A DNA stretch of 64,000 bases from positions 2,976,001 to 3,040,000 of the forward strand of contig OY970218.1 in assembly GCA_963713975.1 (NCBI GenBank), read 5' to 3'. The translations under genes were made by a program, and so were the position numbers. The DNA is from an uncultured Chloroflexia bacterium. GTDB taxonomy: Bacteria > Chloroflexota > Limnocylindria > Limnocylindrales > CSP1-4. The notes beneath the pieces are model-generated. The model did no database searches and had not been told where the DNA came from. It was given only the letters and a program-made list of their open reading frames with translations. This document shows positions 37,778 to 47,452 of the stretch, piece after piece; position 1 is the first letter of the stretch; every line of letters starts with the position of its first letter.

Positions 37778-38571
37778 GCGCCCACCGTCTGGTCCAGGCG
37801 CCGAACCGGCAGACCGGCGGCGGCCATGACGTCCTTCACCTCCACGACGGTGTACTCCGAGCGGTGGAAGATGCTGGCGGCGAGGATGGCATCGGCCCCA
37901 CCGTCACGGACGGCCGTCACGAAGTCGTCCGGGCCGGCCGCACCACCCGAGGCGATCACTGGGACCGGCACACGCGAGCTGATCGCTCGCAGCAGCGCAA
38001 CATCGAAGCCGGCCTTGGTGCCGTCCCGGTCGATCGACGTCACCAGGAGCTCGCCGGCACCCAGCTCGACGGCCCGCAGGCTCCACTCGACGGCGTCCAG
38101 GCCCACGGCCTCGCGGCCGCCCTTGACCACGACCTCGTAGCCGGACGGGAACCCGGGACTGCCGGAGGCGACGAGACGGGCGTCGATGGCGACGACGACG
38201 GCCTGGCTACCGAAACGCGCCGCGCACCGGCTCACCAGCCCAGGGTCCGAGACGGCCTGGGTGTTCAGGCTGACCTTGTCCGCCCCCGCACGCAGGACGT
38301 CGCGCATGTCCTCCACGGACCGGACGCCGCCCCCGACGGTGAGCGGTACGAATGCCCGTCGCGCGGTGCGCTCCACGATGTCGAGCAGGGTCCCGCGACC
38401 TTCCGGCGCGGCGGAGATGTCGAGGAACACGAGCTCGTCGGCGCCCTCGCGCGCGTAGCGCTCGGCCAGCTCGGGGGGGTCGCCCTCGTCGACCAGGTCC
38501 ACGAAGTTGGTGCCCTTCACGACGCGACCGTTTGCGACGTCCAGGCATGGGATCACGCGGTGGCACAGCAT
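37774..38571 (-). CDS. hisF: Imidazole glycerol phosphate synthase cyclase subunit
   Basis: [36 protein letters not shown]. Confidence 0.97.
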   Translation of the reverse strand: MLCHRVIPCLDVANGRVVKGTNFVDLVDEGDPPELAERYAREGADELVFLDISAAPEGRGTLLDIVERTARRAFVPLTVGGGVRSVEDMRDVLRAGADKVSLNTQAVSDPGLVSRCAARFGSQAVVVAIDARLVASGSPGFPSGYEVVVKGGREAVGLDAVEWSLRAVELGAGELLVTSIDRDGTKAGFDVALLRAISSRVPVPVIASGGAAGPDDFVTAVRDGGADAILAASIFHRSEYTVVEVKDVMAAAGLPVRRLDQTVGA

Positions 38572-39215
38572 CAGGCGTCACCCCCGGACAGGATGGAGAC
38601 GATGTTCGCGACGAGCCGCAGCCCGTTGCCTCCCGACCGCTCCGGATGGAACTGCACGCCCAAGAGGCGGCCCTTCGCGACTGCCGACACGAACCGCGAG
38701 CCGTGCACCGTCTCGGCGAGGATCACATCCGCCGCCGGCCCGGCCGGCACGCCCACGTAGGAGTGGACGAAGTAGAAATCCCCGTCGGCGGCGATGCCGG
38801 CGAAGGCCGGGTGGCTGCGGCGTCGCACGACCTGGTTCCAGCCGATGTGCGGGAGCGTCGGCGCGCCGGCCAGCCGGACCGTGCGGCCGGGGAGGATGCC
38901 CAGCGTCTCGGCGCCGTCCTCGTCGCTGCCCTCGAACAGCAACTGGAGGCCGAGGCAGATCCCGAGAAAGGGGCGATCGGCAGTGATCCAGGCTCGGATC
39001 GGCTCGACGAACCCGCCGTCGCGCAACCGCTCCATCGCGGGCGCGGCTGCGCCGACACCCGGCACGACGAGCAGGTCCGGGGATCCGATCTCATCCGCGC
39101 TGACGGCGCGGTGGACCCGCGCGCCGGCGGTCGTGAACGCCTGGTCGATCGAGACGAGGTTGCCGGCACCGTAGTCGACGACGGCAACGCTGGGTGCGCG
39201 CGACGCTGCCGTCAA
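38571..39215 (-). CDS. hisH: Imidazole glycerol phosphate synthase glutaminase subunit
   Basis: DYGAGNL, PGVG, GICLGLQ, YFVHSY, QFHPE; TTG start overlaps the hisB stop. Confidence 0.95.
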   Translation of the reverse strand: MTAASRAPSVAVVDYGAGNLVSIDQAFTTAGARVHRAVSADEIGSPDLLVVPGVGAAAPAMERLRDGGFVEPIRAWITADRPFLGICLGLQLLFEGSDEDGAETLGILPGRTVRLAGAPTLPHIGWNQVVRRRSHPAFAGIAADGDFYFVHSYVGVPAGPAADVILAETVHGSRFVSAVAKGRLLGVQFHPERSGGNGLRLVANIVSILSGGDA

Positions 39216-39838
39216 CCCAGGGATCCCTTGGTGGAGGCGACGCCGGTGCGGCGCGGGTCGGGCTCGCACGCCACGCGCAGCGCACGGCCGAGGGCCTTGA
39301 ACGCCGCCTCGCCCAGGTGGTGGTCGTTGCGGCCCGTGCCCCGCAGGTGGAGCGTGGCCCCGGCCGTGCGCGCGAACGACTCGAGCGCATGGTCCACCAA
39401 CTGCAGCGGCAGGGTGCCGGCACGCTCGGCGCGGAACGGCAGGTCGATCACGGCGTACGGGCGACCGCCGATGTCGATAACGGCCTGGGCGACCAATTCG
39501 TCCATCGGGACGGAGCTGTCCCCAAAGCGCCGGATGCCGGAACGGTCGCCGAGCGCCTCGGCGAACGCCGCCCCCAGCACGAGCGCGACGTCCTCCACGG
39601 TGTGGTGCTCATCGACGTGGAGGTCGCCGCTGGCCCGGATCTCCAGGTCGAACAGGCCATGGTGCGCAAGCGATCCGAGCAGGTGGTCGTAGAACCCGAT
39701 CCCGGTCTCGATGGCCGCCGTGCCGGACCCGTCGAGGTCGAGGGCGATCGCGATGTCGGTCTCGCGGGTGCGGCGAGCCACGCGGACACGGCGGCCCTCG
39801 CGCTCCTGGATGTCGAGCGTGCCGAGCGGCGTCGTCAT
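39212..39838 (-). CDS. hisB: Imidazoleglycerol-phosphate dehydratase (monofunctional)
   Basis: RRTRETDI, DEHHTVED, PMDE, NDHH..EAAFK, STKG. Confidence 0.97.
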   Translation of the reverse strand: MTTPLGTLDIQEREGRRVRVARRTRETDIAIALDLDGSGTAAIETGIGFYDHLLGSLAHHGLFDLEIRASGDLHVDEHHTVEDVALVLGAAFAEALGDRSGIRRFGDSSVPMDELVAQAVIDIGGRPYAVIDLPFRAERAGTLPLQLVDHALESFARTAGATLHLRGTGRNDHHLGEAAFKALGRALRVACEPDPRRTGVASTKGSLG

Positions 39839-41001
39839 TCTGGCGTCTCCACGGGAATCGGGGGCAGGGTGGGGGAGATCTCATTGGCCGCCTCGACGAG
39901 GCGGTCATCCTCGGCGGGATCGCGGACGGTGACCCGCAGGCAGTGCGCGAGCGGGTGTCCGTGCCCAAAGGTGCGCGGAACGAGGCCGCGACGCATCAAC
40001 GCCAGCGAGGCGGCCTCGGAGCGCTCGGCCGTGACCATGTCCAGAAGCAGGAAGTTCGTCACCGAGGGCTGTGGGCGCCAGCCGGCCGCGGCAAGCCCCT
40101 CCGCCAGACGGGGACGCTCACGCTCGACGCGCTCCACGTTGGCCCGCATCTCCGTGGGATCGCGCAGCGCCGCGGCGACCACGGTCGCTGAGATGGTGCA
40201 GATCGACCCGGGCGGCCGGTAGAGCGCGATGCGGCGCAACGTGTCCGGGGCGGCGACGGCGAAGCCCACGCGCAGGCCGGCCATCGAGTAGGCCTTGGAC
40301 GCCGTCCGCACCGCGACGAGGTTCGGATAGCGGGCCCGCAGGGGGATCACGCTCTGTCCGGTGAACTCGCTGTAGGCCTCATCCACGACGACCGCCGGCG
40401 CCGGCCGCCCATCGGCGGCGGCATCGGCTTCGAGGCCCTCGAGCAGCGTCTCGATGGCTCCCTCGGGCTCCGCCTGCCCGGTGGGGTTGTTGGGATTGCA
40501 GATCCAGACGAGGCGCGCGCTGCGGGCGGCCTCGCGGACGGCAGGCACGTCCATCGCCCAGCCACTGCCCGCGGACAGGCGCGGCACGGCGTTGACGTGA
40601 CCGCCGCGCTGCTCGGCATGGACCCGGTACATCGCGTAGGTCGGGGTCGAGATCACGGCCGCCGCCCCCGCCGGGAGGAAGGCCTTGGTACACATGTCCA
40701 GGATCTCGTCGGCGCCTGCGCCGGGCACCACCTCGGCGACGCTCACGCCATACGTCCGGGCGGCTTCCTCCACGAGGCTGCGGTAGTCGCCGGGCGGGTA
40801 CTCCGAGAGGCTCGTCTCGAACCGGCCGGCGGCCAGCAGGCCGGCCAGCATCAGCGGCGGGCGCGGCGAGGTGTTCAAGTCGAACCGCAGGACCTGCGCC
40901 ACCGGGATCCCGAAGCGCTCGGCAACCCCCTCGTCGGTGGCCTCCCAGCCATACGAGGCGGGATCGGTCGGGGAGGTGACCGCGAACGGGCTCGGGCTCA
41001 C
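39835..41001 (-). CDS. hisC: Histidinol-phosphate aminotransferase
   Basis: GADEIL, CNPNNPTG, DEAYSEF, RTASKAYSMAGLRVG; operon context. Confidence 0.92.
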   Translation of the reverse strand: MSPSPFAVTSPTDPASYGWEATDEGVAERFGIPVAQVLRFDLNTSPRPPLMLAGLLAAGRFETSLSEYPPGDYRSLVEEAARTYGVSVAEVVPGAGADEILDMCTKAFLPAGAAAVISTPTYAMYRVHAEQRGGHVNAVPRLSAGSGWAMDVPAVREAARSARLVWICNPNNPTGQAEPEGAIETLLEGLEADAAADGRPAPAVVVDEAYSEFTGQSVIPLRARYPNLVAVRTASKAYSMAGLRVGFAVAAPDTLRRIALYRPPGSICTISATVVAAALRDPTEMRANVERVERERPRLAEGLAAAGWRPQPSVTNFLLLDMVTAERSEAASLALMRRGLVPRTFGHGHPLAHCLRVTVRDPAEDDRLVEAANEISPTLPPIPVETPE

Positions 41002-42374
41002 CTGGCTCCCTCCTCGACGGTGTCGTCCGCAAAGCGGACCTCGATCGCATCACGGTGCGCCAGCAGCCCCTCGGCCTCGGCGAGCGTGCGGATGGCCGGC
41101 CGCAGCGTCGCAAGGCCCTCGCGCGTGATGCGCTGGACCTGGTTGAACTTGCCGAACGTGTCCACGGCCAGTGGGCCACAGCTGCGGGCGAGCCCCCCCG
41201 TCGGCAGCACGTGGTTGGCCCCCGACGCGTAATCGCCGGCGGCCTCCGGCGACCAGCGGCCGACGAAGATGGACCCCGCGTTTCGGATGGCCCCGACCGT
41301 CTCCTCGAGGTCGACGACATCGACCGAGAGATGCTCCGGTCCGTAGCCGTTGACGAACTCGATGCCCGCGGCGAGATCCGGCACCAGGACGATCCGGCCG
41401 TGGTCCGCGAGGGACCGGGCGAGGATGTCACGGCGCAGCGCCATCGCGAGGCGGCGGCGGACCTCGTTCTCGACCGCGTCCGCGAGGTCCGCGTCCGGGG
41501 TCACCAGGAGCGCCGGCGAGTCCGGGCCGTGCTCGGCCTGGGTGATGAGGTCCGCGGCGACCGTGACAGGGTCGGCGGAGGCATCGGCGAGGACCAGGCC
41601 CTCGGAGGGGCCGGCCGGCAGGTCGATCCCAACGTCGCCGACGAGCTCCACCTTGGCAGCGGTGACCCACGCGTTCCCCGGGCCCACGATGAGGTCGACA
41701 GGTGCCAGGCCATCGTCCGGGAGCCCATAGGCGAGGGCCCCCACCGCCTGGACGCCGCCCGCGACCAGCACGGCGTCGACGTTGAGGAGCCCGGCAGCGC
41801 CCAGGAGCACGGGGTGGACGTTGCCGTCGCGATCCGCCGGCGTGGCCACGACGACCGACGGCACGCCCGCAACCCGGGCCGGCACGACGGTCATGACCAG
41901 CGATGAGGGATACGGGGCGGAGCCGCCGGGCACGTATGCCCCGGCACGGGACACCGGCAGCCAGCGGCGTTCGATCTCGACGCCGGGCACGATCGTGGTA
42001 CGGGTCGAGACCGGCCGTTGGGCCTCGGCGAAGCGGCGGACGTTGGCGATCGCCGTGGTGAGGGCGTCCCGCTCCGGCGCGGACAGCGTGTCCGCCGCAC
42101 GCCGCAGCTCGTCGCGGCCGAGCAGCAGCCGGCCGTCGGGCCGGCCACCGCCGAACCGAGCCGAAGCCTCGCGGACCGCCGCAGCACCACGTTCGCGGAT
42201 GTCCCCCAGGATGCGGCGGGCCGCATCGCGGGTGGCGGGATCGGGCACGGCGCCACGCCGGAACAGCGCCTCGCGTGCCACCAGCGCCTCGGGATTCGGA
42301 GCGCGCAGGTCCAGGCGGCGGATGCGGAGCGCACCGTCGGACGCGGGCGACGCGGGAGCGACGGACCCGGTCAT
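40998..42374 (-). CDS. hisD: Histidinol dehydrogenase
   Basis: YVPGGSAPYPSS, GPGNAWV, AGPSE, QAEHG, PEHL, GDYASGANHVLPT. Confidence 0.96.
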   Translation of the reverse strand: MTGSVAPASPASDGALRIRRLDLRAPNPEALVAREALFRRGAVPDPATRDAARRILGDIRERGAAAVREASARFGGGRPDGRLLLGRDELRRAADTLSAPERDALTTAIANVRRFAEAQRPVSTRTTIVPGVEIERRWLPVSRAGAYVPGGSAPYPSSLVMTVVPARVAGVPSVVVATPADRDGNVHPVLLGAAGLLNVDAVLVAGGVQAVGALAYGLPDDGLAPVDLIVGPGNAWVTAAKVELVGDVGIDLPAGPSEGLVLADASADPVTVAADLITQAEHGPDSPALLVTPDADLADAVENEVRRRLAMALRRDILARSLADHGRIVLVPDLAAGIEFVNGYGPEHLSVDVVDLEETVGAIRNAGSIFVGRWSPEAAGDYASGANHVLPTGGLARSCGPLAVDTFGKFNQVQRITREGLATLRPAIRTLAEAEGLLAHRDAIEVRFADDTVEEGAR

Positions 42375-43231
42375 GGGAGGATCTTCTCGATGGGCAGCAC
42401 GAGGATCCCCGATGCGCCGGCCGACTTGAGCCTGGGCAGCAGGCCCCACACCTCGTCGGCCCCGACCACGGAGTGGATCGCGATCATCCCGGCGTGCGCC
42501 AGCGGGATCACCGATGGCGACTCGAGGCCCGGCAGCAAGTCCTCGAGCTCCTCGAGCCGGGCCGCCGGGGCGTTCATCATCAGGTACTTGCGTCCCCGAG
42601 CCGCGATCACGGAACCGAGCATCGTGACGATGCCATCGAGATCCGCCGGCCGCTGCCTGGTCGCGCTGGCGTTGGTCACGAGGATCGCCTCGGAGGCGAG
42701 GATGTCGCCGATCGTGCGCAGGCCGTTCATCGCCAGGGTCGAGCCGGTGGACACCAGATCCACGATGCCGTCGGCGAGCCCCAGGCGGGGCGCCACCTCA
42801 ACAGCCCCGGACAGGGAGATCACCTCAACGGGAATGCCCTGGTCGGCGAAGAACCGGCGCGTCACGTTGGGGTGCGACGTCGCCACGCGGGCACCCGCGA
42901 AATCGGCGATTGATTCGTACGGGGAGTCCGCGGGCGCAGCGGCCGCCAGGCGACAGCGGCCGTAGCCGAGCTGCCGCAGGACGGGAAGGTCGATCCCGCT
43001 CTCGGCCAGGATGTCGCCGCCCGTGATGCCCGCATCGGCAACGCGGTCGTTGACGAACTCGATGACGTCGCCGGTACGCACGAACAGGATGTCCAGCGGG
43101 TGGTTCTGGACGCGTGCGATGAGGCTGCGGTCATGCTCCTCGAACATCAGGCCGGCGTCGTGGAGCAGGGCCAGGGTCGGCTCCACCATGCGGCCCTTGT
43201 TGGGAACGGCGAGGCGCAGGCGCTCCCTCAT
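42371..43231 (-). CDS. hisG: ATP phosphoribosyltransferase (long form)
   Basis: LAVPNKGR, GAVEVAP, DLVSTGSTL, C-terminal regulatory domain LPGLESPSV. Confidence 0.96.
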   Translation of the reverse strand: MRERLRLAVPNKGRMVEPTLALLHDAGLMFEEHDRSLIARVQNHPLDILFVRTGDVIEFVNDRVADAGITGGDILAESGIDLPVLRQLGYGRCRLAAAAPADSPYESIADFAGARVATSHPNVTRRFFADQGIPVEVISLSGAVEVAPRLGLADGIVDLVSTGSTLAMNGLRTIGDILASEAILVTNASATRQRPADLDGIVTMLGSVIAARGRKYLMMNAPAARLEELEDLLPGLESPSVIPLAHAGMIAIHSVVGADEVWGLLPRLKSAGASGILVLPIEKILP

Positions 43232-43575
43232 GCCTCGCGACCCTTTGGGTAGGGGGTGGACCCATCCGGATCCGGGGTGGAGCCGTCGTCGTTCCTGAAC
43301 CGGTCCAGCATCTCGCGGTAGCCACCCTCGCCATGATTGAGCCAGGACGCGATCCTGGTGATGGTCGCGGTGCTCGCACCGGTCAGACGGGAGATCTCCG
43401 CGTAGTGCATCCCGGCATCGAGGAGACGCACGACCGCCCAGCGCTGGGACAGGTCGCGCAGCTCACCGAGCGTGCACAGGTCGCGCAGGAATCGCCCGGC
43501 TCCGTTCCTCGAATCGAGGCGCAGGATCGCCTCGATCAGCGCCTCGGTGTCCGGCGTCCGCCAGTCGTTGGCCAC
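43228..43575 (-). CDS. TrpR-like (YerC/YecD) regulator, probable histidine repressor HisR
   Basis: FLRDLCTLGEL..LSQRW, Y.EI...TGASTATITR...L..G.GGY. GTG start with SD GGAGG (alternative ATG 43632); first gene of the his operon. Confidence 0.88.
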   Translation of the reverse strand: MANDWRTPDTEALIEAILRLDSRNGAGRFLRDLCTLGELRDLSQRWAVVRLLDAGMHYAEISRLTGASTATITRIASWLNHGEGGYREMLDRFRNDDGSTPDPDGSTPYPKGREA

Positions 43576-43637
43576 GTCGTGCTCGTCCTCCGCTTGGTTG
43601 CCCGAACCTGATTCCGGACTGCGTGGTGCCATGTTAC

Positions 43638-43657
43638 CGTAGTAGCGTAGTAATACG
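43638..43657. promoter_or_regulatory. Putative TrpR-family operator (HisR box)
   Basis: Palindrome CGTAGTA-N6-TAATACG in the hisR/hisA divergent gap; resembles the symmetric TrpR operator CGTACTA-N6-TAGTACG. Confidence 0.7.
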
Positions 43658-43670
43658 CCAGTAGGCAGGG

Positions 43671-44429
43671 TTGGTGGACACGCCCGTCTTTGAGCTGCTC
43701 CCGGCGATCGACCTCCGCGGCGGCCGCGTCGTCCGGTTGCGCCAGGGCGATTTCGACCGCGAGACCGCGTACGGCGATGACGCGCCCGCGGTTGCCAAGG
43801 CGTTCTCTGACGCGGGCGCCACGTGGCTCCACGTGGTCGACCTCGACGGGGCCCGGGCGGGGGAGCCGCGCCAGCTGGATCTGATCGCCTCGATCGTGGC
43901 CGCGGTTCGCGACCGGGTCCGGGTGGAGGTTGGGGGCGGCCTGCGCACGCCGGCGGCCGTCGAGACCGCCCTCGAGACGGGCGCCACCAGGGCCGCCGTG
44001 GGAACGGCCGTCCTCCGGGACCCCGCGTTCGCGGCGGCGCTGGTCACCCGCCACGGCACCTCGCGCGTGGTCGCCTCCATCGACGTCCGTGGCGGGCTCG
44101 CACTGGGCGAGGGGTGGCGGGAGGGGGCGCCAGGGCTCCCGGCTGCGGAGGCGATCGCCGCCCTCGCCGCCGTCGGCGTCGAGACATTCGAGGTCACGGC
44201 CATCGACCGCGACGGCCTCCTGCGAGGCCCGGATCTGGACCTTCTGCGCTCGCTGGTCAGCCTCGATCGCGGACGGATCATCGCCTCGGGAGGCGTCTCG
44301 TCGATCGCAGACGTCCTCGCCACGAGGGCCGCCGGCTGCGCCGGCGCCATCGTCGGACGCGCGCTGTACGAGGGAGGCGTGGATCTCCGCGCGCTGGTAG
44401 CGAGCCTGGCCGGCAACGACCGGTCCTGA
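43671..44429 (+). CDS. hisA: ProFAR isomerase HisA
   Basis: PAIDLRGGRVVRL.QG, HVVDLDGA, VGGGLR, RDGLLRGPD, ASGGV, GRALY. Confidence 0.94.
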   Translation: MVDTPVFELLPAIDLRGGRVVRLRQGDFDRETAYGDDAPAVAKAFSDAGATWLHVVDLDGARAGEPRQLDLIASIVAAVRDRVRVEVGGGLRTPAAVETALETGATRAAVGTAVLRDPAFAAALVTRHGTSRVVASIDVRGGLALGEGWREGAPGLPAAEAIAALAAVGVETFEVTAIDRDGLLRGPDLDLLRSLVSLDRGRIIASGGVSSIADVLATRAAGCAGAIVGRALYEGGVDLRALVASLAGNDRS

Positions 44430-44457
44430 TCCGCCCGGGGCTCGCCCGTACGGTGGG

Positions 44458-46533
44458 TCAGTGGCCCTCTGCATGCTCCTTGCGGTGCGCCTCGACGATC
44501 TTCTCGGCGAGGTGTGCCGGCACGTCCTCGTAGTGGTCCAGGACCGAGGAGAACGTGCCGCGGCCGCCGGTGAGGGATCGCAGCTCCGTGGCGTAGGAGA
44601 ACAGCTCCGCCTGGGGCACGTGTGCAGTGATGACCTGCACCCCGTCTGTCATGTCCATGCCAAGCACGCGGCCGCGGCGGCCGTTGAGGTCGCGATTCAC
44701 CTCGCCCATGTACTGCTCCGGGATCCGGACGTCCACGGTCATGATCGGCTCGAGAAGCACCGGCTTCGCCTGCAGGATGCCGTCCTTGAGTGCCATCGAG
44801 GCCGCGATCTTGAACGAGAGCTCGTTGCTGTCGACCGGGTGGAAGGAGCCGTCGACGAGCGTGGCCTTGAAGTCGTCTAGCGGGTAACCGGCCAGGACGC
44901 CATCGGCAGCCGTCTCGCGGATGCCCTTCTCGACGCCGGCAAAGAAGCCCCGCGGCACGGACCCGCCGACGACCTTGTCGGCGAACACGAGGCCTGCCCC
45001 CGGGTTCGGTTCGAGCTCGATCCAGACGTCGCCGAACATCCCATGGCCGCCGGTCTGCTTCTTGTAGCGACCGTGAGCGCGGGTGGTCCCGCGGATCGTC
45101 TCGCGATACGGGACCGTCGGCGTGCGGGTGGCGATCGCAGCCCCGAACTTGCGCTTGAGCCGCTCGCAGATGACCGCGACATGGGCCTCGCCGATGGCGA
45201 ACAGGATCTGCTCGCCGGTGTCGCTGCGATCAACGCGCGCCGTGGGCTCCTCCTCCAGCATCCGCTGGAGGGCCGGTCCCATCTTGTCGAGGTCGCCCTT
45301 GGACACCGGCTCGATGGCAACCTGGAGCGTCGGGTCGGGGAACGCGATCGCTGCCAGACGAAGGCTGGCATCGCGGGACGTCAGCGTGTCGCCGGTCTCG
45401 GTCACGCCGAGCTTGGCGACGGCCCCGATCTCGCCCGCTCGGAGCTCGGATGTCGGCTCCTGTTCCTTGCCATGGAGGTAGAGCAGCTGGCCGATGCGCT
45501 CGTCGTCGCCCTTGCTGGCGTTGAAGGCGGAGCCCTGACTCTTGAGGGTGCCCGACAGCACACGCAGGTAGGTCAGCCGCCCGACGAACGGGTCGGCCGC
45601 GGTCTTGAACACCCGGACCAGGAGCTTAGAGCCGTCCGCGGGGATGGCAACGTCCTTGCCGGCCTTGTCGGACGCCGCGTACGGGCCCTCCTCCTCCGGC
45701 GAGGGCAGGTAGCGGACGATCGCATCGAGCAGGGCGACGAGGCCGATGCCCTTGGCGGCCGATGCCACCAGCACGGGGGCGAGGACGGCTTCGCGGACGC
45801 CTTTGTGCAGGCATGCGTCCAGCTCCGCGTCAGAGATCTCCTCCTCGCCGAGATACTTCTCGAAGACCGCGTCATCGGCCTCCGCGGCGGCCTCGAGCAG
45901 CTGGTCGCGTCGACGGGCAACCTCCTCGGCCATGTCCTCGGGGATCGGGATCTCGACCTCGGCACTCCCCTCGAGCCGGTAGGCCTTGCGATGGACGAGG
46001 TCGACGTAGCCGGCGAACGTGTCCGCGGCCCCGATCGCGAGGTGGAGCGGCGCGATCTTGGTGCCGAACGTCTCGCGCAGGGCGTCAAGGGCCGCGCCCG
46101 GGTCGGCATTCTCACGATCGCACTTGTTGAGGACGAAGCACGCCGCCGTGCCGGTCGCGCGACCGGTCTGCACCGCCGTCTCGAGGCCTGCCTCGACACC
46201 ACCCGACGCGTCCATCACGAACAGCGCCGCGTCGGCCGCGTGGAAGCCCTCGATCATCTCGCCAACGAAGTCCGGGTAGCCCGGCGTGTCGACGATGGTG
46301 ATCTCGTGCTCGCCGTGCTCGAACGTCCCCACCGCCAGGCTCAGGGAGCGGTTCTGCTTCTGCTCCTCGGGCTCGTAGTCCAGGTGTGCGGTGCCGTCAT
46401 CGACGCGGCCCAGGCGCGAGATCGCGCCGGCTCGAAAGAGCACCTGCTCCGCCAGTGTCGTCTTGCCGCTCCCGGCATGGCCGGCGAGCACGACGCTGCG
46501 GATGTGGGCGAGGTCGTGGCTCTTCAACGTCAT
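44458..46533 (-). CDS. Elongation factor G paralog (EF-G2-like)
   Basis: GHAGSGKTT, DTPGYPDF, NKCD, KKQTGGHG, DGSFHPVDS. G2 region RSLSL instead of RGITI; not in an str operon. Confidence 0.92.
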   Translation of the reverse strand: MTLKSHDLAHIRSVVLAGHAGSGKTTLAEQVLFRAGAISRLGRVDDGTAHLDYEPEEQKQNRSLSLAVGTFEHGEHEITIVDTPGYPDFVGEMIEGFHAADAALFVMDASGGVEAGLETAVQTGRATGTAACFVLNKCDRENADPGAALDALRETFGTKIAPLHLAIGAADTFAGYVDLVHRKAYRLEGSAEVEIPIPEDMAEEVARRRDQLLEAAAEADDAVFEKYLGEEEISDAELDACLHKGVREAVLAPVLVASAAKGIGLVALLDAIVRYLPSPEEEGPYAASDKAGKDVAIPADGSKLLVRVFKTAADPFVGRLTYLRVLSGTLKSQGSAFNASKGDDERIGQLLYLHGKEQEPTSELRAGEIGAVAKLGVTETGDTLTSRDASLRLAAIAFPDPTLQVAIEPVSKGDLDKMGPALQRMLEEEPTARVDRSDTGEQILFAIGEAHVAVICERLKRKFGAAIATRTPTVPYRETIRGTTRAHGRYKKQTGGHGMFGDVWIELEPNPGAGLVFADKVVGGSVPRGFFAGVEKGIRETAADGVLAGYPLDDFKATLVDGSFHPVDSNELSFKIAASMALKDGILQAKPVLLEPIMTVDVRIPEQYMGEVNRDLNGRRGRVLGMDMTDGVQVITAHVPQAELFSYATELRSLTGGRGTFSSVLDHYEDVPAHLAEKIVEAHRKEHAEGH

Positions 46534-46702
46534 CGCGCGCGGTTCCTCTCGGTGGTTCCCCCGTGAGACCGGCTGGCCGGCCGCGACGGGACGGTGGCGC
46601 TGGTGCGCAGTTGGCGAAGTGGATCCATATTGCCGTCTGGGGACGCTCGAGTAGCGGCCGCCGGATCCGTCCTCCCGATGATAGTCGGTATACTCCCGCC
46701 CG

Positions 46703-47452
46703 ATGTCCGGACATTCCAAGTGGTCCACGATCAAGCGCCAGAAGGGCGTCAACGACGCCAAGCGCAGCGCCATGTTCACCAAGGTCGCCCGTGAGATCGC
46801 GGTCGCGGCCCGGGCCGGGGGCGGCGATCCCGACGCGAACTACCGCCTGCGCCTCGCGATGGACAAGGCCCGTTCGATCAACATGCCCGCCGAGAACATC
46901 AAGCGGGCCATCGAGAAGGCGACCGGCGGCGGGGACGAGATCCAGTACGAGGAGATCGTCTACGAGGGCTACGGCTCGGGCGGTGTCGCGGTCCTCGTCG
47001 AGGCGGCAACCGACAATCGGAACCGAACCGCCGCCGAGGTGCGCTCCATCTTCGCCAAGTCCGGGGGCCAGCTCGCCGGCTCCGGGGCTGTCGCCTGGCA
47101 ATTCGAGGCGCGCGGCCTGATCACGGTGGAGCGCGAGGGGTCCGACCCCGACGAGGTGGCCCTGGCCGCCATTGACGCCGGAGCCGACGACGTGGACGTC
47201 GAGACGGACCCGATCGAGATCTACACGGAGCCCGCGGAGCTCTTCGCCGTCCGCAAGGCGCTCGAGGACGCTGGCGTGACCGTCGAGGACGCGGAGTCCG
47301 CGATGATCGCCAAGCAGACCGTAACGCTCGATGCGGACCACGTCCGCAAGACCCTGCGCCTGGTGGACCTGCTCGAGGAGCTCGACGACGTGCAGCGCGT
47401 CACCACCAACGTGGACATCCCCGAGGAGCTGCTCGCCGAGATGGCCGGGTGA
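46703..47452 (+). CDS. yebC: YebC/PmpR family protein
   Basis: MSGHSKWSTIKRQKG, YEGYG, TDNRNRT, DDVQ; TATACT 8 nt upstream. Confidence 0.96.
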   Translation: MSGHSKWSTIKRQKGVNDAKRSAMFTKVAREIAVAARAGGGDPDANYRLRLAMDKARSINMPAENIKRAIEKATGGGDEIQYEEIVYEGYGSGGVAVLVEAATDNRNRTAAEVRSIFAKSGGQLAGSGAVAWQFEARGLITVEREGSDPDEVALAAIDAGADDVDVETDPIEIYTEPAELFAVRKALEDAGVTVEDAESAMIAKQTVTLDADHVRKTLRLVDLLEELDDVQRVTTNVDIPEELLAEMAG

